Source of the DNA: Gammaproteobacteria bacterium
GTDB taxonomy: Bacteria; Pseudomonadota; Gammaproteobacteria; Eutrophobiales; Eutrophobiaceae
Assembly (NCBI GenBank): GCA_965221695.1
Contig: OZ244905.1
Span: forward strand, 544,001 to 608,000
Length of the DNA stretch: 64,000 nt
Direction: 5' to 3'
The notes under the pieces are model-generated. The model was not told the DNA's origin, did not search any database, and worked only from the letters and a program-made list of their open reading frames with translations. Made by a program: the position numbers and the translations under genes. Shown here piece after piece: positions 31,064-39,967 of the stretch (position 1 is its first letter; every line of letters begins with the position of its first letter).

Positions 31064-31291
31064 CCGTCCCATTCTCGCGAAAGCGGGAATCCAGTAAAAC
31101 AAAGGGTCGCCCGTCGGGCGACACAGCATTCGACTGGACTCCCGCTTCCGCGGGAGTGGTACGATGGCAGCGTTCAAGCAAATGCTCCGTCCCATTCCCG
31201 TGAAAACGGGAATCCAGTGAAACAAAGGGTCGCCCATCGGGCGACACAGTATTCGACTGGACTCCTGCTTTCGCAGGAGTGGTATGGTGGC
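31064..31291. repeat. Two tandem ~105-bp palindromic units, period 123 bp
   Basis: ATTCYCGYGAAARCGGGAATCCAG...CTGGACTCCYGCTTYCGCRGGAGT; units start at 31064 and 31187. Confidence 0.85.
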
Positions 31292-31306
31292 GGGGTTCGC
31301 AGAAGC

Positions 31307-31384
31307 TGGGGTGAGTGATGGGGTTCGAACCCACGACCACCGGAACCACAATCCGGCGCTCTACCTGACTGAGCTACACTCACC
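31307..31384 (-). tRNA. tRNA-His (GTG)
   Basis: G-1 GTGAGTGTAGCTCAG...TTGTGGT...GGTTCGAACCCCATCACTCACCCCA. Confidence 0.97.
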
Positions 31385-31395
31385 ATAGATGCCTG

Positions 31396-31414
31396 TGCCG
31401 GGCCTGACCCGGCA
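31396..31414. repeat. REP-like palindrome in tRNA spacer
   Basis: TGCCGGG-CCTGA-CCCGGCA hairpin. Confidence 0.5.
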
Positions 31415-31453
31415 TCCGGTCAATTTACCTGGCGCCGGAGACGACACATTATT

Positions 31454-31530
31454 TGGCACGCCCGAGAGGACTCGAACCTCTAACCCTCGGCTTAGAAGGC
31501 CGATGCTCTATCCGGTTGAGCTACGGGCGC
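31454..31530 (-). tRNA. tRNA-Arg (TCT)
   Basis: GCGCCCGTAGCTCAACCGGATAGAGC...CTTCTAA...GGGCGTGCCA. Confidence 0.97.
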
Positions 31531-31587
31531 AAGTCCTGGGCTTAGCGGGAGCGAACCGGAAATCCGTCCCCGCTTAATACCTTAAAT

Positions 31588-31664
31588 TGGTCGGGGCAGA
31601 GGGATTTGAACCCCCGACCCTCTGCTCCCAAAGCAGATGCGCTACCAGGCTGCGCCATGCCCCG
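31588..31664 (-). tRNA. tRNA-Pro (TGG)
   Basis: CGGGGCATGGCGCAGCCTGGTAGCGC...TTTGGGA...CCCCGACCA. Confidence 0.97.
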
Positions 31665-31727
31665 AGTCATGTCTGACGAGTGCGCAATAATACGCCGTGT
31701 GTATATGCGCGTCAATTGATTTGTTAA

Positions 31728-31878
31728 GGAACCTCTGATTAAGACAGAGGTTCCTACGATACAAGGATGTATCGTCAATATCAATGACTGTAAGGCATTG
31801 ATATTGTGAGGAAAACAAAAATCGCATTTTTGTTTTCCGTACTCTGACAAGTCCAGGATGGACTTGTTCAGAGTTTCC
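31728..31878 (+). mobile_element. 151-bp MITE-like element with IS5-like terminal inverted repeats and TTAA duplication
   Basis: ttaa-GGAACCTCTGA...TCAGAGTTTCC-ttaa; five internal hairpins; homologous copies at 25.8 kb and 39.7 kb. Confidence 0.8.
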
Positions 31879-32016
31879 TTAAGCACAAACCGTACGCATC
31901 TGTAACAAACCTGCCCGCTTTTGCGGTTGACTCTGACACAACGTGGAAGACCCCTGCTTCAACAGAAATACGAGATAGGAACTTCGCTGCGGACACTAAC
32001 CATAAAAAATGACCAT

Positions 32017-32039
32017 ACATCCTGTATATCCTGTACATC
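32017..32039. repeat. 23-bp dispersed repeat downstream of cysS
   Basis: ACATCCTGTATATCCTGTACATC, exact reverse complement of 38929-38951. Confidence 0.8.
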
Positions 32040-32056
32040 CATGTTAATGAAACCTG

Positions 32057-33439
32057 TTACTTCCTGCGCCAGGTCGTGCCCGCGGCGCCGTCCTCCAGGA
32101 TGATCCCCGTTACATCCAACTGCGCGCGTATCCGGTCCGCCTCTGCGTAATTCCTTGCCGCCTTCGCCTGCGCCCGCTCTTCGATTAAGCGGCTAATCTG
32201 GTCCGGGGAGATGTCGTCGTTGCCGGCGGCGGCGTGTAAAAATTCTGCGGGCTCCATTTGCAAGACCCCTAATACATCGCCCAGTCGTATCAAAGTCCTG
32301 GCAAGGCGCGCAGCCTGTTCCGATGTCTTGTCCTGGAGGCGATTGATCTCTCCGGCAATTTCATGGAATAAAGTGATTGCCTCCCGGGTATTGAAATCAT
32401 CGTCCATGACCTGCTCAAAACGCTGCCGATAGCCAGGCTCGAGAGCGCCTTCGCCGGGGTCAATGTCGCGCAAGGATGTGTACAGGCGGGTCAGACTCGT
32501 TTTTGCCTCATCAAGGTGCCCATCGGAGTAGTTCAACTGGCTGCGGTAATGGCTGGAGAGTATGAAGAAACGGATCACCTCCGGCAGGTAGCGCGCCATG
32601 ACTTCCCTGATAGTAAAAAAGTTGCCCAGTGATTTCGACATTTTCTCGTTGTCGACCCGCACGAAGCCATTGTGCATCCACAGGTTCACAAAATGCTTGC
32701 TGCCGGCGCCGCAACTTTGGGCGATTTCATTTTCATGATGGGGAAAGAGCAAGTCCTGACCGCCACCATGGATATCGAAATCGTTGCCCAGGCAGTGAGT
32801 GGACATCGCGGAACATTCGATATGCCAGCCCGGGCGGCCCCTGCCCCAGGGAGAATCCCAGGCCGGTTCACCGGGTTTCTCTGCCTTCCACAACACGAAA
32901 TCGACCGGATCCGCCTTGGCCTCCTGCACATCGACCCGTATCCCGGCACGCAGCTCCTCGACATTCTTACCGGACAGCTTGCCGTAGTCGGCAAACGCAC
33001 TCACGTCATAGAATATGTCACCGTTCTTTGCCCGGTAGGCATAGCCATTCTCCAACAGCAACCCGATCATGGTAATGATCTGTTCCATGTGCTCTGTCGC
33101 CCTTGGTTCGCGCTCGGGGACCAGGACGTTCAGCGCGTTAAAATCCTCGTTCATCGCCTGGATAAAGCGCTCGGTCAATTCGTTAAAAGGCTCGCCGTTT
33201 TCCCGGGAACGGTTGATGATCTTGTCGTCTATGTCGGTTATATTACGAACATAGTTCACCTCGTAACCACGGAAACGAAGGTAACGGACGATCATGTCGA
33301 ACACCAGTATCATGCGCGCATGACCGATATGGCAATAATCATAGACCGTGATGCCGCACACGTACATACGCACTTTACCCGGGTCGATGGGCTGGAATTT
33401 TTGCTTTCGCCGCGTCAGCGAGTTGTATATAGTCAGCAT
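32057..33439 (-). CDS. cysS: Cysteine--tRNA ligase
   Basis: [39 protein letters not shown]. Confidence 0.98.
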   Translation of the reverse strand: MLTIYNSLTRRKQKFQPIDPGKVRMYVCGITVYDYCHIGHARMILVFDMIVRYLRFRGYEVNYVRNITDIDDKIINRSRENGEPFNELTERFIQAMNEDFNALNVLVPEREPRATEHMEQIITMIGLLLENGYAYRAKNGDIFYDVSAFADYGKLSGKNVEELRAGIRVDVQEAKADPVDFVLWKAEKPGEPAWDSPWGRGRPGWHIECSAMSTHCLGNDFDIHGGGQDLLFPHHENEIAQSCGAGSKHFVNLWMHNGFVRVDNEKMSKSLGNFFTIREVMARYLPEVIRFFILSSHYRSQLNYSDGHLDEAKTSLTRLYTSLRDIDPGEGALEPGYRQRFEQVMDDDFNTREAITLFHEIAGEINRLQDKTSEQAARLARTLIRLGDVLGVLQMEPAEFLHAAAGNDDISPDQISRLIEERAQAKAARNYAEADRIRAQLDVTGIILEDGAAGTTWRRK

Positions 33440-33492
33440 CTGGGATCGATTGCCATGAAAAACAAAACGGGCATGGTATCAAAAGAACGCGC

Positions 33493-34233
33493 GTGATGGA
33501 CACGTTATTTATCTCTGACCTGCATTTATCGACAGAACGGCCCGACAAGATAGACTTGTTCAGGCGCTTATTTGAGGGGCCGGCGCGCAACGCAGGCGCG
33601 GTGTATATTCTCGGCGACCTGTTCGAGCGCTTCTGGGTCGGAAACGACGAGCGTGCGGCTCCCGCCCCGGAAGTTATAGATATCCTGCGGGACTGCTGCC
33701 GGCACAACAGGGAGATTTACCTGCTGCGGGGCAACCGCGACCTGATGCTGGACCGTGGTTTCGGCGACCTGACAGGGTGCAAGCTGTTGGGTGATACGAG
33801 CGTGATCGATATCGCCGGCAAGCCTGCACTGATCATGCATGGCGACCTGCTCTGTACCCGTGACGTCAAATACCAGTGGTACCGGAAGTTCATTGATACC
33901 AAGACGATACGCAACCTTTTTCTGGGAATGCCGTATCATCTGCGGGCGTTTCTGACCCGTGGCATCAAGCCACTGATGAAAAAATCAGCCGCCGGCAAGG
34001 CGCCGGAGATCATTGATGTTGACCAGGCGACGGTGGAAGCGTACATGTCTGCGCACGGCGTGATGGAACTGATCCATGGCCATACCCACAAACCCGGGAT
34101 TCACCATTTTGAACTGAACGGCAACGCGGCGCAGCGTATCGTGCTGGGGGACTGGTACGAACAGGATTCGGTGCTGGTATGCCGGAACGGCGAACGCAAA
34201 CTCCTGTGCGTCAGTGAATACATTGGGGATTGA
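33493..34233 (+). CDS. lpxH: UDP-2,3-diacylglucosamine diphosphatase
   Basis: FISDLHL, ILGDLFE, GNRD, MHGDLLCTRD, IHGHTH, RIVLGDW. Confidence 0.93.
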   Translation: MMDTLFISDLHLSTERPDKIDLFRRLFEGPARNAGAVYILGDLFERFWVGNDERAAPAPEVIDILRDCCRHNREIYLLRGNRDLMLDRGFGDLTGCKLLGDTSVIDIAGKPALIMHGDLLCTRDVKYQWYRKFIDTKTIRNLFLGMPYHLRAFLTRGIKPLMKKSAAGKAPEIIDVDQATVEAYMSAHGVMELIHGHTHKPGIHHFELNGNAAQRIVLGDWYEQDSVLVCRNGERKLLCVSEYIGD

Positions 34234-34271
34234 CGCTGTGGGGCAAATCCAATAACTCGCAGTCATTGAAT

Positions 34272-34313
34272 TTAGGGAGCCTCTGTGAGACTTAATCGTC
34301 TAAGGTTCCTTAA
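34272..34313. repeat. Short TIR-only palindromic element abutting the ampE stop codon
   Basis: TAGGGAGCCTCTGTGAGACTTAATCGTCTAAGGTTCCTTAA. Confidence 0.6.
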
Positions 34314-35185
34314 CTGATCCAGCCGGCAATCGTCATCAGGCCCAGTACGATCAACCAGACGATCAGGGTGCGGTTGATCAAGGCCATTGTTTCCCTGAGA
34401 CGGCCTGCAAACTCCTCGGTGTCCTGTTCCGTCTTCTTCTCGCCTTCCGGGTGGTAATGCAATGCGCCGAAACCCGAGAGCGTAATCACGTCCTTGCTGA
34501 CGACCAGCGTATGGCCGGATACCGAGCGCCAGCTCTCCAGCGCGCTCACCAGGCTGCCACCTAACGCAAATCCCAACGCGAGCATGCGCGATGACGGCCA
34601 CATCAATATGTTATGCAGGTCGCTCACCGCGCCGGCATACCCTCCCTGAGTGTTTTCATGGCGTTGCGCCAGGTTCCCCACCAGGCAATATAACAGCGCG
34701 CCTACCGCGCCCAGCAACAGGAACCAGAAGATGACCGCGAACAGGTATTCGTGGGCGCGCAGCATGATTGAGCTAATCACTCGATCCTGGTCGATCGCGC
34801 CATCCACAGGGTCTCCGTCTCCGGACAGAAGCCTGTCCAAGGCTTGCCGGCATACAGCCTCGTCACCGCCTGCCAAGGCATCAACGTAGCTGTCCACCAG
34901 TGAACCCAGGGCCGGGCCGAAGCTGTAAACCAGCGCTAGAAATGACAGCAAAAACCCCAGTACTATATTGACCTGACCGGCCAGGTAGACCAGGACACCC
35001 AGCAACGCCAACGGGATGAACAGGGTCAGCAGGACCCCGCCGGGACCTTGCCAGAATGATACACCCGAAAGCCGGGGTTCCAGCCAGTCACAGTAGTGCA
35101 CAAACCACGACTGGTTCCGGTACTTGTCGAAGCCACCGAGCCTGGCCTCCACCCCCAACGCAATCAATACCGTGATCAGGTTCAT
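34310..35185 (-). CDS. ampE: Regulatory signalling modulator AmpE (membrane protein)
   Basis: FAVIFWFLLLG..GALLY and WPSSRMLALGFALGG motifs; downstream of ampD. Confidence 0.82.
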   Translation of the reverse strand: MNLITVLIALGVEARLGGFDKYRNQSWFVHYCDWLEPRLSGVSFWQGPGGVLLTLFIPLALLGVLVYLAGQVNIVLGFLLSFLALVYSFGPALGSLVDSYVDALAGGDEAVCRQALDRLLSGDGDPVDGAIDQDRVISSIMLRAHEYLFAVIFWFLLLGAVGALLYCLVGNLAQRHENTQGGYAGAVSDLHNILMWPSSRMLALGFALGGSLVSALESWRSVSGHTLVVSKDVITLSGFGALHYHPEGEKKTEQDTEEFAGRLRETMALINRTLIVWLIVLGLMTIAGWIS

Positions 35186-35254
35186 GCCGAAATAATAATG
35201 TATTTCCCGGGGAAATGGTATCCGTGCTCCAGGATGGAGTTGTCAGAGCTTCCG

Positions 35255-35815
35255 CTATTTCGAACGCAGTAGCGTGTATAGCCTGTCCCAGTCAAACGCG
35301 GGGCCTGGGTCGGTTTTGCGTCCCGGCGCGATGTGGCAGTGTCCCCGGATATTCTCCTCCTTAAGACTCGGCCATTTCTGTTGCAGCGCTTTTATCACCT
35401 GAACAAGCGCTTCATACTGCGCAGCCTCGTAATCCACATTGTCAGCGCCTTCCAGCTCGATACCGATCGAAAAATCGTTGCAGTTCTCCCGTCCGTTGAA
35501 TTCGGATACGCCGGCATGCCAGGCGCGCTTGTGAAACGGGACAAACTGTACGATCTCTCCTTCCCGGTCGATCAGCAGGTGTGCGGATACCCGTAACCCG
35601 CCGATTTCCTTAAAGTAAGGATGCGCGTCAGGGTCCAGTACATTGCAGAACAACTGTTCGATACAGCGGGCGCCGAATTCGCCCGGAGGCAGGCTGATGC
35701 CGTGGACGACGAGCAGGCTTATCTCAACCTGTTGCGGCCTGTCATCAAAATTTGGCGATGCAACGCGCCGCACGTTCGTCAGCCATTGCGCCTTGTCGTC
35801 TAGTTTTACGCTCAT
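35255..35815 (-). CDS. ampD: 1,6-anhydro-N-acetylmuramyl-L-alanine amidase
   Basis: SPNFDDRP, VHGISLPPGEF, VSAHLLI, RAWHAG, GIELEG, RKTDPGPAFDW; start moved to 35815. Confidence 0.95.
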   Translation of the reverse strand: MSVKLDDKAQWLTNVRRVASPNFDDRPQQVEISLLVVHGISLPPGEFGARCIEQLFCNVLDPDAHPYFKEIGGLRVSAHLLIDREGEIVQFVPFHKRAWHAGVSEFNGRENCNDFSIGIELEGADNVDYEAAQYEALVQVIKALQQKWPSLKEENIRGHCHIAPGRKTDPGPAFDWDRLYTLLRSK

Positions 35816-36060
35816 AATGAATATCCCAAAGTATACCGGAGACAAACTTGTATTTTCGATTTCAGCGTTAACAGGACATCCGTATAATTTTGCTGCTGTT
35901 CCAGTAGTGGTACGATGGAATACCAACAGTTACATGCAATCGGGGGGTGCAGATATCTGATCATGGGGGTTAGTGGGTGTCCTGTAATTCACATGGGTGT
36001 CCTGTTTTACGATATGATGAGCGCCCTTATATTCACCCGCCGGATAAGCTTGATCCAATT

Positions 36061-36906
36061 ATGGCCGATAAACACTTACCTGCCGATATTGCCAGTACCG
36101 TGCGGCGTGCGCTGAATGAAGACCTCGGAACAGGCGACCTGACGGCCAGGCTACTTCCGGAGGATGCCGTATGCAAGGCTGAAGTAACCAGCCGCGACCA
36201 TGCGGTACTGTGCGGCGTTCCCTGGTTCAACGAAGTGTTCAAGCAACTGGATGCGCGCATACACATTGACTGGCAAGTCGCTGACGGCGATGTTATTGAA
36301 CCCGAACAGACAGTTTGTGTCCTCTCCGGTCCGGTCAGGGCGCTGCTCAGCGGCGAACGCACCGCGCTGAACTTCCTGCAACTGCTATCGGGCACGGCGA
36401 CCGTGACGCGGGAGTATGCGACCCTGCTGGCTCACACGGCCACCCGGTTACTGGACACGCGCAAGACCATACCGGGCCTGCGCAGTGCGCAGAAATACGC
36501 GGTATTGTGCGGCGGCGGCGCCAACCACCGCATGGGACTGTATGACGCCATCCTGATCAAGGAAAATCACATCAGGGCCAGCGGGTCGATCGCGGCAGCG
36601 CTTGCTGAGGCGAGTGAAACACATCGGCATATCGAAATAGAGGTGGAAGACGAAACACAACTGGCGGAAGCGCTGGACGCCGGCGCCAATGCTGTTTTAC
36701 TGGATAATTTCACCCCGGATCAGGTAAAGCGGGCCGTTGAGATGAATAAGGGTCGTGCGCGCCTGGAAATCTCCGGCGGTGTGGATAAAAAAAGCATCCG
36801 GGAACTGGCCGGGACCGGCGTGGACTTCATTTCCGTAGGGGCGTTGACCAAGAACGTACACGCCGTGGATTTTTCCATGTTGTTAACCGGACAGGACTAC
36901 AAATAA
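36061..36906 (+). CDS. nadC: Nicotinate-nucleotide pyrophosphorylase (quinolinate phosphoribosyltransferase)
   Basis: ALNEDLGTGDLT, ERTALNFL, DTRKT, NHRMGLYD, LIKENH; divergent from ampD. Confidence 0.96.
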   Translation: MADKHLPADIASTVRRALNEDLGTGDLTARLLPEDAVCKAEVTSRDHAVLCGVPWFNEVFKQLDARIHIDWQVADGDVIEPEQTVCVLSGPVRALLSGERTALNFLQLLSGTATVTREYATLLAHTATRLLDTRKTIPGLRSAQKYAVLCGGGANHRMGLYDAILIKENHIRASGSIAAALAEASETHRHIEIEVEDETQLAEALDAGANAVLLDNFTPDQVKRAVEMNKGRARLEISGGVDKKSIRELAGTGVDFISVGALTKNVHAVDFSMLLTGQDYK

Positions 36907-36908
36907 CC

Positions 36909-38249
36909 ATGAGCCTGCGCTTCCGACTCGCGCTGCTGATTACTTTGTTGTTCATCGCAGTGTTGTGCGCCGGCAGCGCGTACGCCATTTTCAATGCCCG
37001 CAAGACCATTACGGAGGAAATAGAGTCCGCAGTGCTGCTGACGTCCAACATGATCGCCGCATCCGTTTCCGCAATACAAAGTTCGGGCGACATGAACCTG
37101 TTCGACGAGTTGCTGCACGAATTGGCCAGGCTGGAGATGACGCGCCACATGGATACCATCATATCACTGGACTTAGGCGCAGGTTCCGCTCAGCCGCTAC
37201 AACCGGTGCCACCGATTGATGCTGACGCACCGGGCTGGTTCATCAACCTGGTCAAACCCCCGGTAAGGGAATACAAGCGGGTCATCACGAGTATCGGCTC
37301 CGCCGGAACGGAGATTATCATCCGTGCCGACCCGTCGGCTGAGATTTCAGAAACATGGCTTGAAACCCGTTATTTCCTGCTGCTGTTACTGCTGTTCACT
37401 GCCCTGGCAAACTTGCTGATTTATTTCATCCTGGGCAGGGACCTGGCGCCCATCGAAGCGATCCTGTCCGGACTGGAGCGTATTGAAAAAGGCGATTACC
37501 GGTTGCGCCTTCCGAAATTCACTTCCGTTGAGTTCACGCGTATCTCCGAACGTTTCAACCACCTCGCCGGCGTCCTGTTATATAACAGGGAGGAAAACAG
37601 ACGCCTGACCCGGCGTTCCCTGGAGATACAGGAGGAAGAAAGACGGCGTCTTGCACAGGAAGTGCATGACGAACTGGGGCAGTCACTGAGCGCCATCAAA
37701 GCGATCGCCACCTCTATGGAACAGACGCCTGCCGCGGCTGACCAGACCGCGGCCGAAAGCGCGACGCTTATCAAGAACATGGCCGATGATATGTATGGCG
37801 TAGCACGCGGTATCATCAGCCGGCTACGGCCGGCAGTGCTGGATGAACTGGGCCTGGTGCCGGCCATACAACAACTGGTGGATGACTGGAATTCAGCCCA
37901 TGCAGATACTTTCTGCCACCTGGACATCAAGGGCAACTGCGCCACTGCCGCCGACGCAGTGAAGATCAATATCTACCGCATCATCCAGGAAAGCCTGACC
38001 AACGTGGCGCGCCATGCCGCGGCAAAAAATGTCCATATCCTGCTCGAACACCAGCCTGGTAACAGCGATCGGTTGGCGCTTGAAATCAGGGACGACGGCG
38101 CCGGTTTCGACCCTGACAAAACTCGCTCAGGCATGGGCTTGACCGGCATCCGGGAGCGGGTGGACAGTATGGGGGGCGAGTTCGACCTGGCAACGGAGCC
38201 GAACAAAGGTGTGCATTTGGCTATAATGTTACCGCTGGAACCTGCTTAA
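36909..38249 (+). CDS. Membrane sensor histidine kinase (HAMP, HisKA_3), MoxY/MxcQ-like
   Basis: Two TM segments, periplasmic PGWF..LV and ADPSAEISETW motifs, ERRRLAQEVHDELGQ, QESLTNVARHA, DDGAGF. Confidence 0.88.
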   Translation: MSLRFRLALLITLLFIAVLCAGSAYAIFNARKTITEEIESAVLLTSNMIAASVSAIQSSGDMNLFDELLHELARLEMTRHMDTIISLDLGAGSAQPLQPVPPIDADAPGWFINLVKPPVREYKRVITSIGSAGTEIIIRADPSAEISETWLETRYFLLLLLLFTALANLLIYFILGRDLAPIEAILSGLERIEKGDYRLRLPKFTSVEFTRISERFNHLAGVLLYNREENRRLTRRSLEIQEEERRRLAQEVHDELGQSLSAIKAIATSMEQTPAAADQTAAESATLIKNMADDMYGVARGIISRLRPAVLDELGLVPAIQQLVDDWNSAHADTFCHLDIKGNCATAADAVKINIYRIIQESLTNVARHAAAKNVHILLEHQPGNSDRLALEIRDDGAGFDPDKTRSGMGLTGIRERVDSMGGEFDLATEPNKGVHLAIMLPLEPA

Positions 38250-38256
38250 TGCACTT

Positions 38257-38907
38257 ATGAAAAACACAAACAGCAAAATCAGAATCCTCCTCGTCGACGA
38301 CCATGCCGTTGTGCGCGCCGGCTACCAGATGCTGCTCAAGCAGTCTGACAAGATGGAGATCATCGCCGAAGCATCCAACGGCGAGCAAGCTAACAAGCTG
38401 TTTACCGAACTCAAGCCGGATGTCGTGGTTATGGACCTGTCGCTGCCCGGTATCAGTGGCCTGGAGGCGATACGGCGCATCCTTAGCAAAGATCCAAATG
38501 CCAGGATCCTGGTGTTCAGTATGCATGAGGACACGGTATTCGTAGACCAGGCGCTGCGTGCCGGCGCATGCGGCTACCTGACCAAGAACAGCGCGCCAAA
38601 GACCTTGCTCAAGGCCATCGAAGAAATCGCGGAAGGCAGGCATTACATCGACGACCGGGTGGTGCAACACCTCGCATTCCAAAAGGCACGGGACGAGATC
38701 GGGCCGTTTTCCAGCCTGTCGCCCCGGGAGTTCGAGATTTTCTGTCTGCTGGCGGAAGGGCTCAACACCAACGAGATAGCAAGCCGGCTGTCCATCGGCT
38801 ACAAAACTGTCGCCAACTACAGCTCTCAGATAAAAAACAAGTTACAGGCCAACACCACCGCGGAGCTGGCCCGGTTGGCCATCCGGCACAACATCCTGCA
38901 GGCCTGA
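38257..38907 (+). CDS. NarL/LuxR-family response regulator, MxaB/MxcE-like
   Basis: LLVDDHAVVRAG, VMDLSLPG, GYLTK, LSPREFEIF..KTVANY helix-turn-helix. Confidence 0.92.
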   Translation: MKNTNSKIRILLVDDHAVVRAGYQMLLKQSDKMEIIAEASNGEQANKLFTELKPDVVVMDLSLPGISGLEAIRRILSKDPNARILVFSMHEDTVFVDQALRAGACGYLTKNSAPKTLLKAIEEIAEGRHYIDDRVVQHLAFQKARDEIGPFSSLSPREFEIFCLLAEGLNTNEIASRLSIGYKTVANYSSQIKNKLQANTTAELARLAIRHNILQA

Positions 38908-38928
38908 GGCATTAGCAGAAGCTACGTT

Positions 38929-38951
38929 GATGTACAGGATATACAGGATGT
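38929..38951. repeat. 23-bp dispersed repeat downstream of the response regulator
   Basis: GATGTACAGGATATACAGGATGT. Confidence 0.8.
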
Positions 38952-39008
38952 GGGTGTGAAGTGCAGACATGAACCTGGGGCGCTTGTCCGAGGTATATAG
39001 TTGTTTCG

Positions 39009-39036
39009 GGAACCTCTGAGACTTAACAGAGGTTCC
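39009..39036. repeat. Short TIR-only palindromic element abutting the fchA stop codon
   Basis: GGAACCTCTG-AGACTTAA-CAGAGGTTCC perfect 10-bp arms; may act as a bidirectional terminator. Confidence 0.75.
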
Positions 39037-39660
39037 TTACAGTTTACTCTTTACCAGTTCATATACGGTTTCGGTATCGATGTCCGCGCCGGACAGTATT
39101 TGCTCCAGCTTGTCCCGCCGGTCATTCACGAACGCCTCATCCCTGATACCGCCGATGTTGATATAGACGTTCAAAGCGGCGCTGCGCAGCGCCGCGTGGG
39201 CCGCCAGCACCGCGACACCGGCATCGCTGATGACATTGAGGTTGCCTTTCTCCGCAACGGGGCGGCACAACCCAATGACATCGGCACAAAGTTGCGCACA
39301 GGCAAGGGGCACATCGGTCGCCTCTTTCAAGGCCGACTGGATGGCCTTGGACCTTGCCGCCTTCTCCTCTTCGGTCTCTTTGGCCATACCGTAGGCATCC
39401 ATCACGTTGTTGAACACATCAATGTCCGCCTGGATCATGCCGGTCAGCCGGGTGCGCAGGTCCTCTGACTGTTGCAGCAGGGCCTGCATCTCCTGTTCCA
39501 CATGTTCATATTTCTTCTTACCGACAGTGAAGTTTGCGACCATGCTGACCAACGCCGCGCCCATAGCGCCCATGATCGCAGCGGCGCTGCCGCCACCGGG
39601 AGTAGATGCCTTTGAGGCTAACTGGTCAAGAAATGACTGCAATTGCTGTTGCTGGAACAT
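39037..39660 (-). CDS. fchA: Methenyltetrahydrofolate cyclohydrolase
   Basis: FLDQLASKASTPGGGSAAA, GAALVSMV, ATDVPL, GNLNVISDAGV, LNVYIN; adjacent to mtdA. Confidence 0.9.
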   Translation of the reverse strand: MFQQQQLQSFLDQLASKASTPGGGSAAAIMGAMGAALVSMVANFTVGKKKYEHVEQEMQALLQQSEDLRTRLTGMIQADIDVFNNVMDAYGMAKETEEEKAARSKAIQSALKEATDVPLACAQLCADVIGLCRPVAEKGNLNVISDAGVAVLAAHAALRSAALNVYINIGGIRDEAFVNDRRDKLEQILSGADIDTETVYELVKSKL

Positions 39661-39707
39661 GATTTTACCTCTTTACAGATATCAGTAGGGTAATGTATTA
39701 TTATTCA

Positions 39708-39858
39708 AGCTCTGAACCTGTCCATCCAGGACTTGTAAGAGCCGGTAAAACTAAAATGCGATTTTTGTTTTACTCTCAAATTCAATAACTTGAGTCATTG
39801 AATTTGGCGATACATCCCTGTATCGCAGGAACCTCTGAGAGACTTGACCAGAGGCCCC
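39708..39858 (-). mobile_element. ~150-bp multi-hairpin MITE-like element in the fchA-mtdA divergent intergenic region
   Basis: Reverse complement aligns along its length with 31728-31878; termini degenerate. Confidence 0.78.
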
Positions 39859-39967
39859 ATAATTAAATTAGCCGCAGATTATAACGGATTTATTCGCAGA
39901 TGGCGCAGACGCGCACTGATCTTTCCTGCCCGCTACTTCCATAGTTCAAAATCACGAGGATACCTGA

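Noticed and set aside
31064-31291. Possible CRISPR array or extra tRNAs
   Set aside because: Only two units with near-identical internal sequence; no D-loop or T-loop consensus
31879-32056. folD remnant
   Set aside because: No FolD-like peptide visible in the reading I checked
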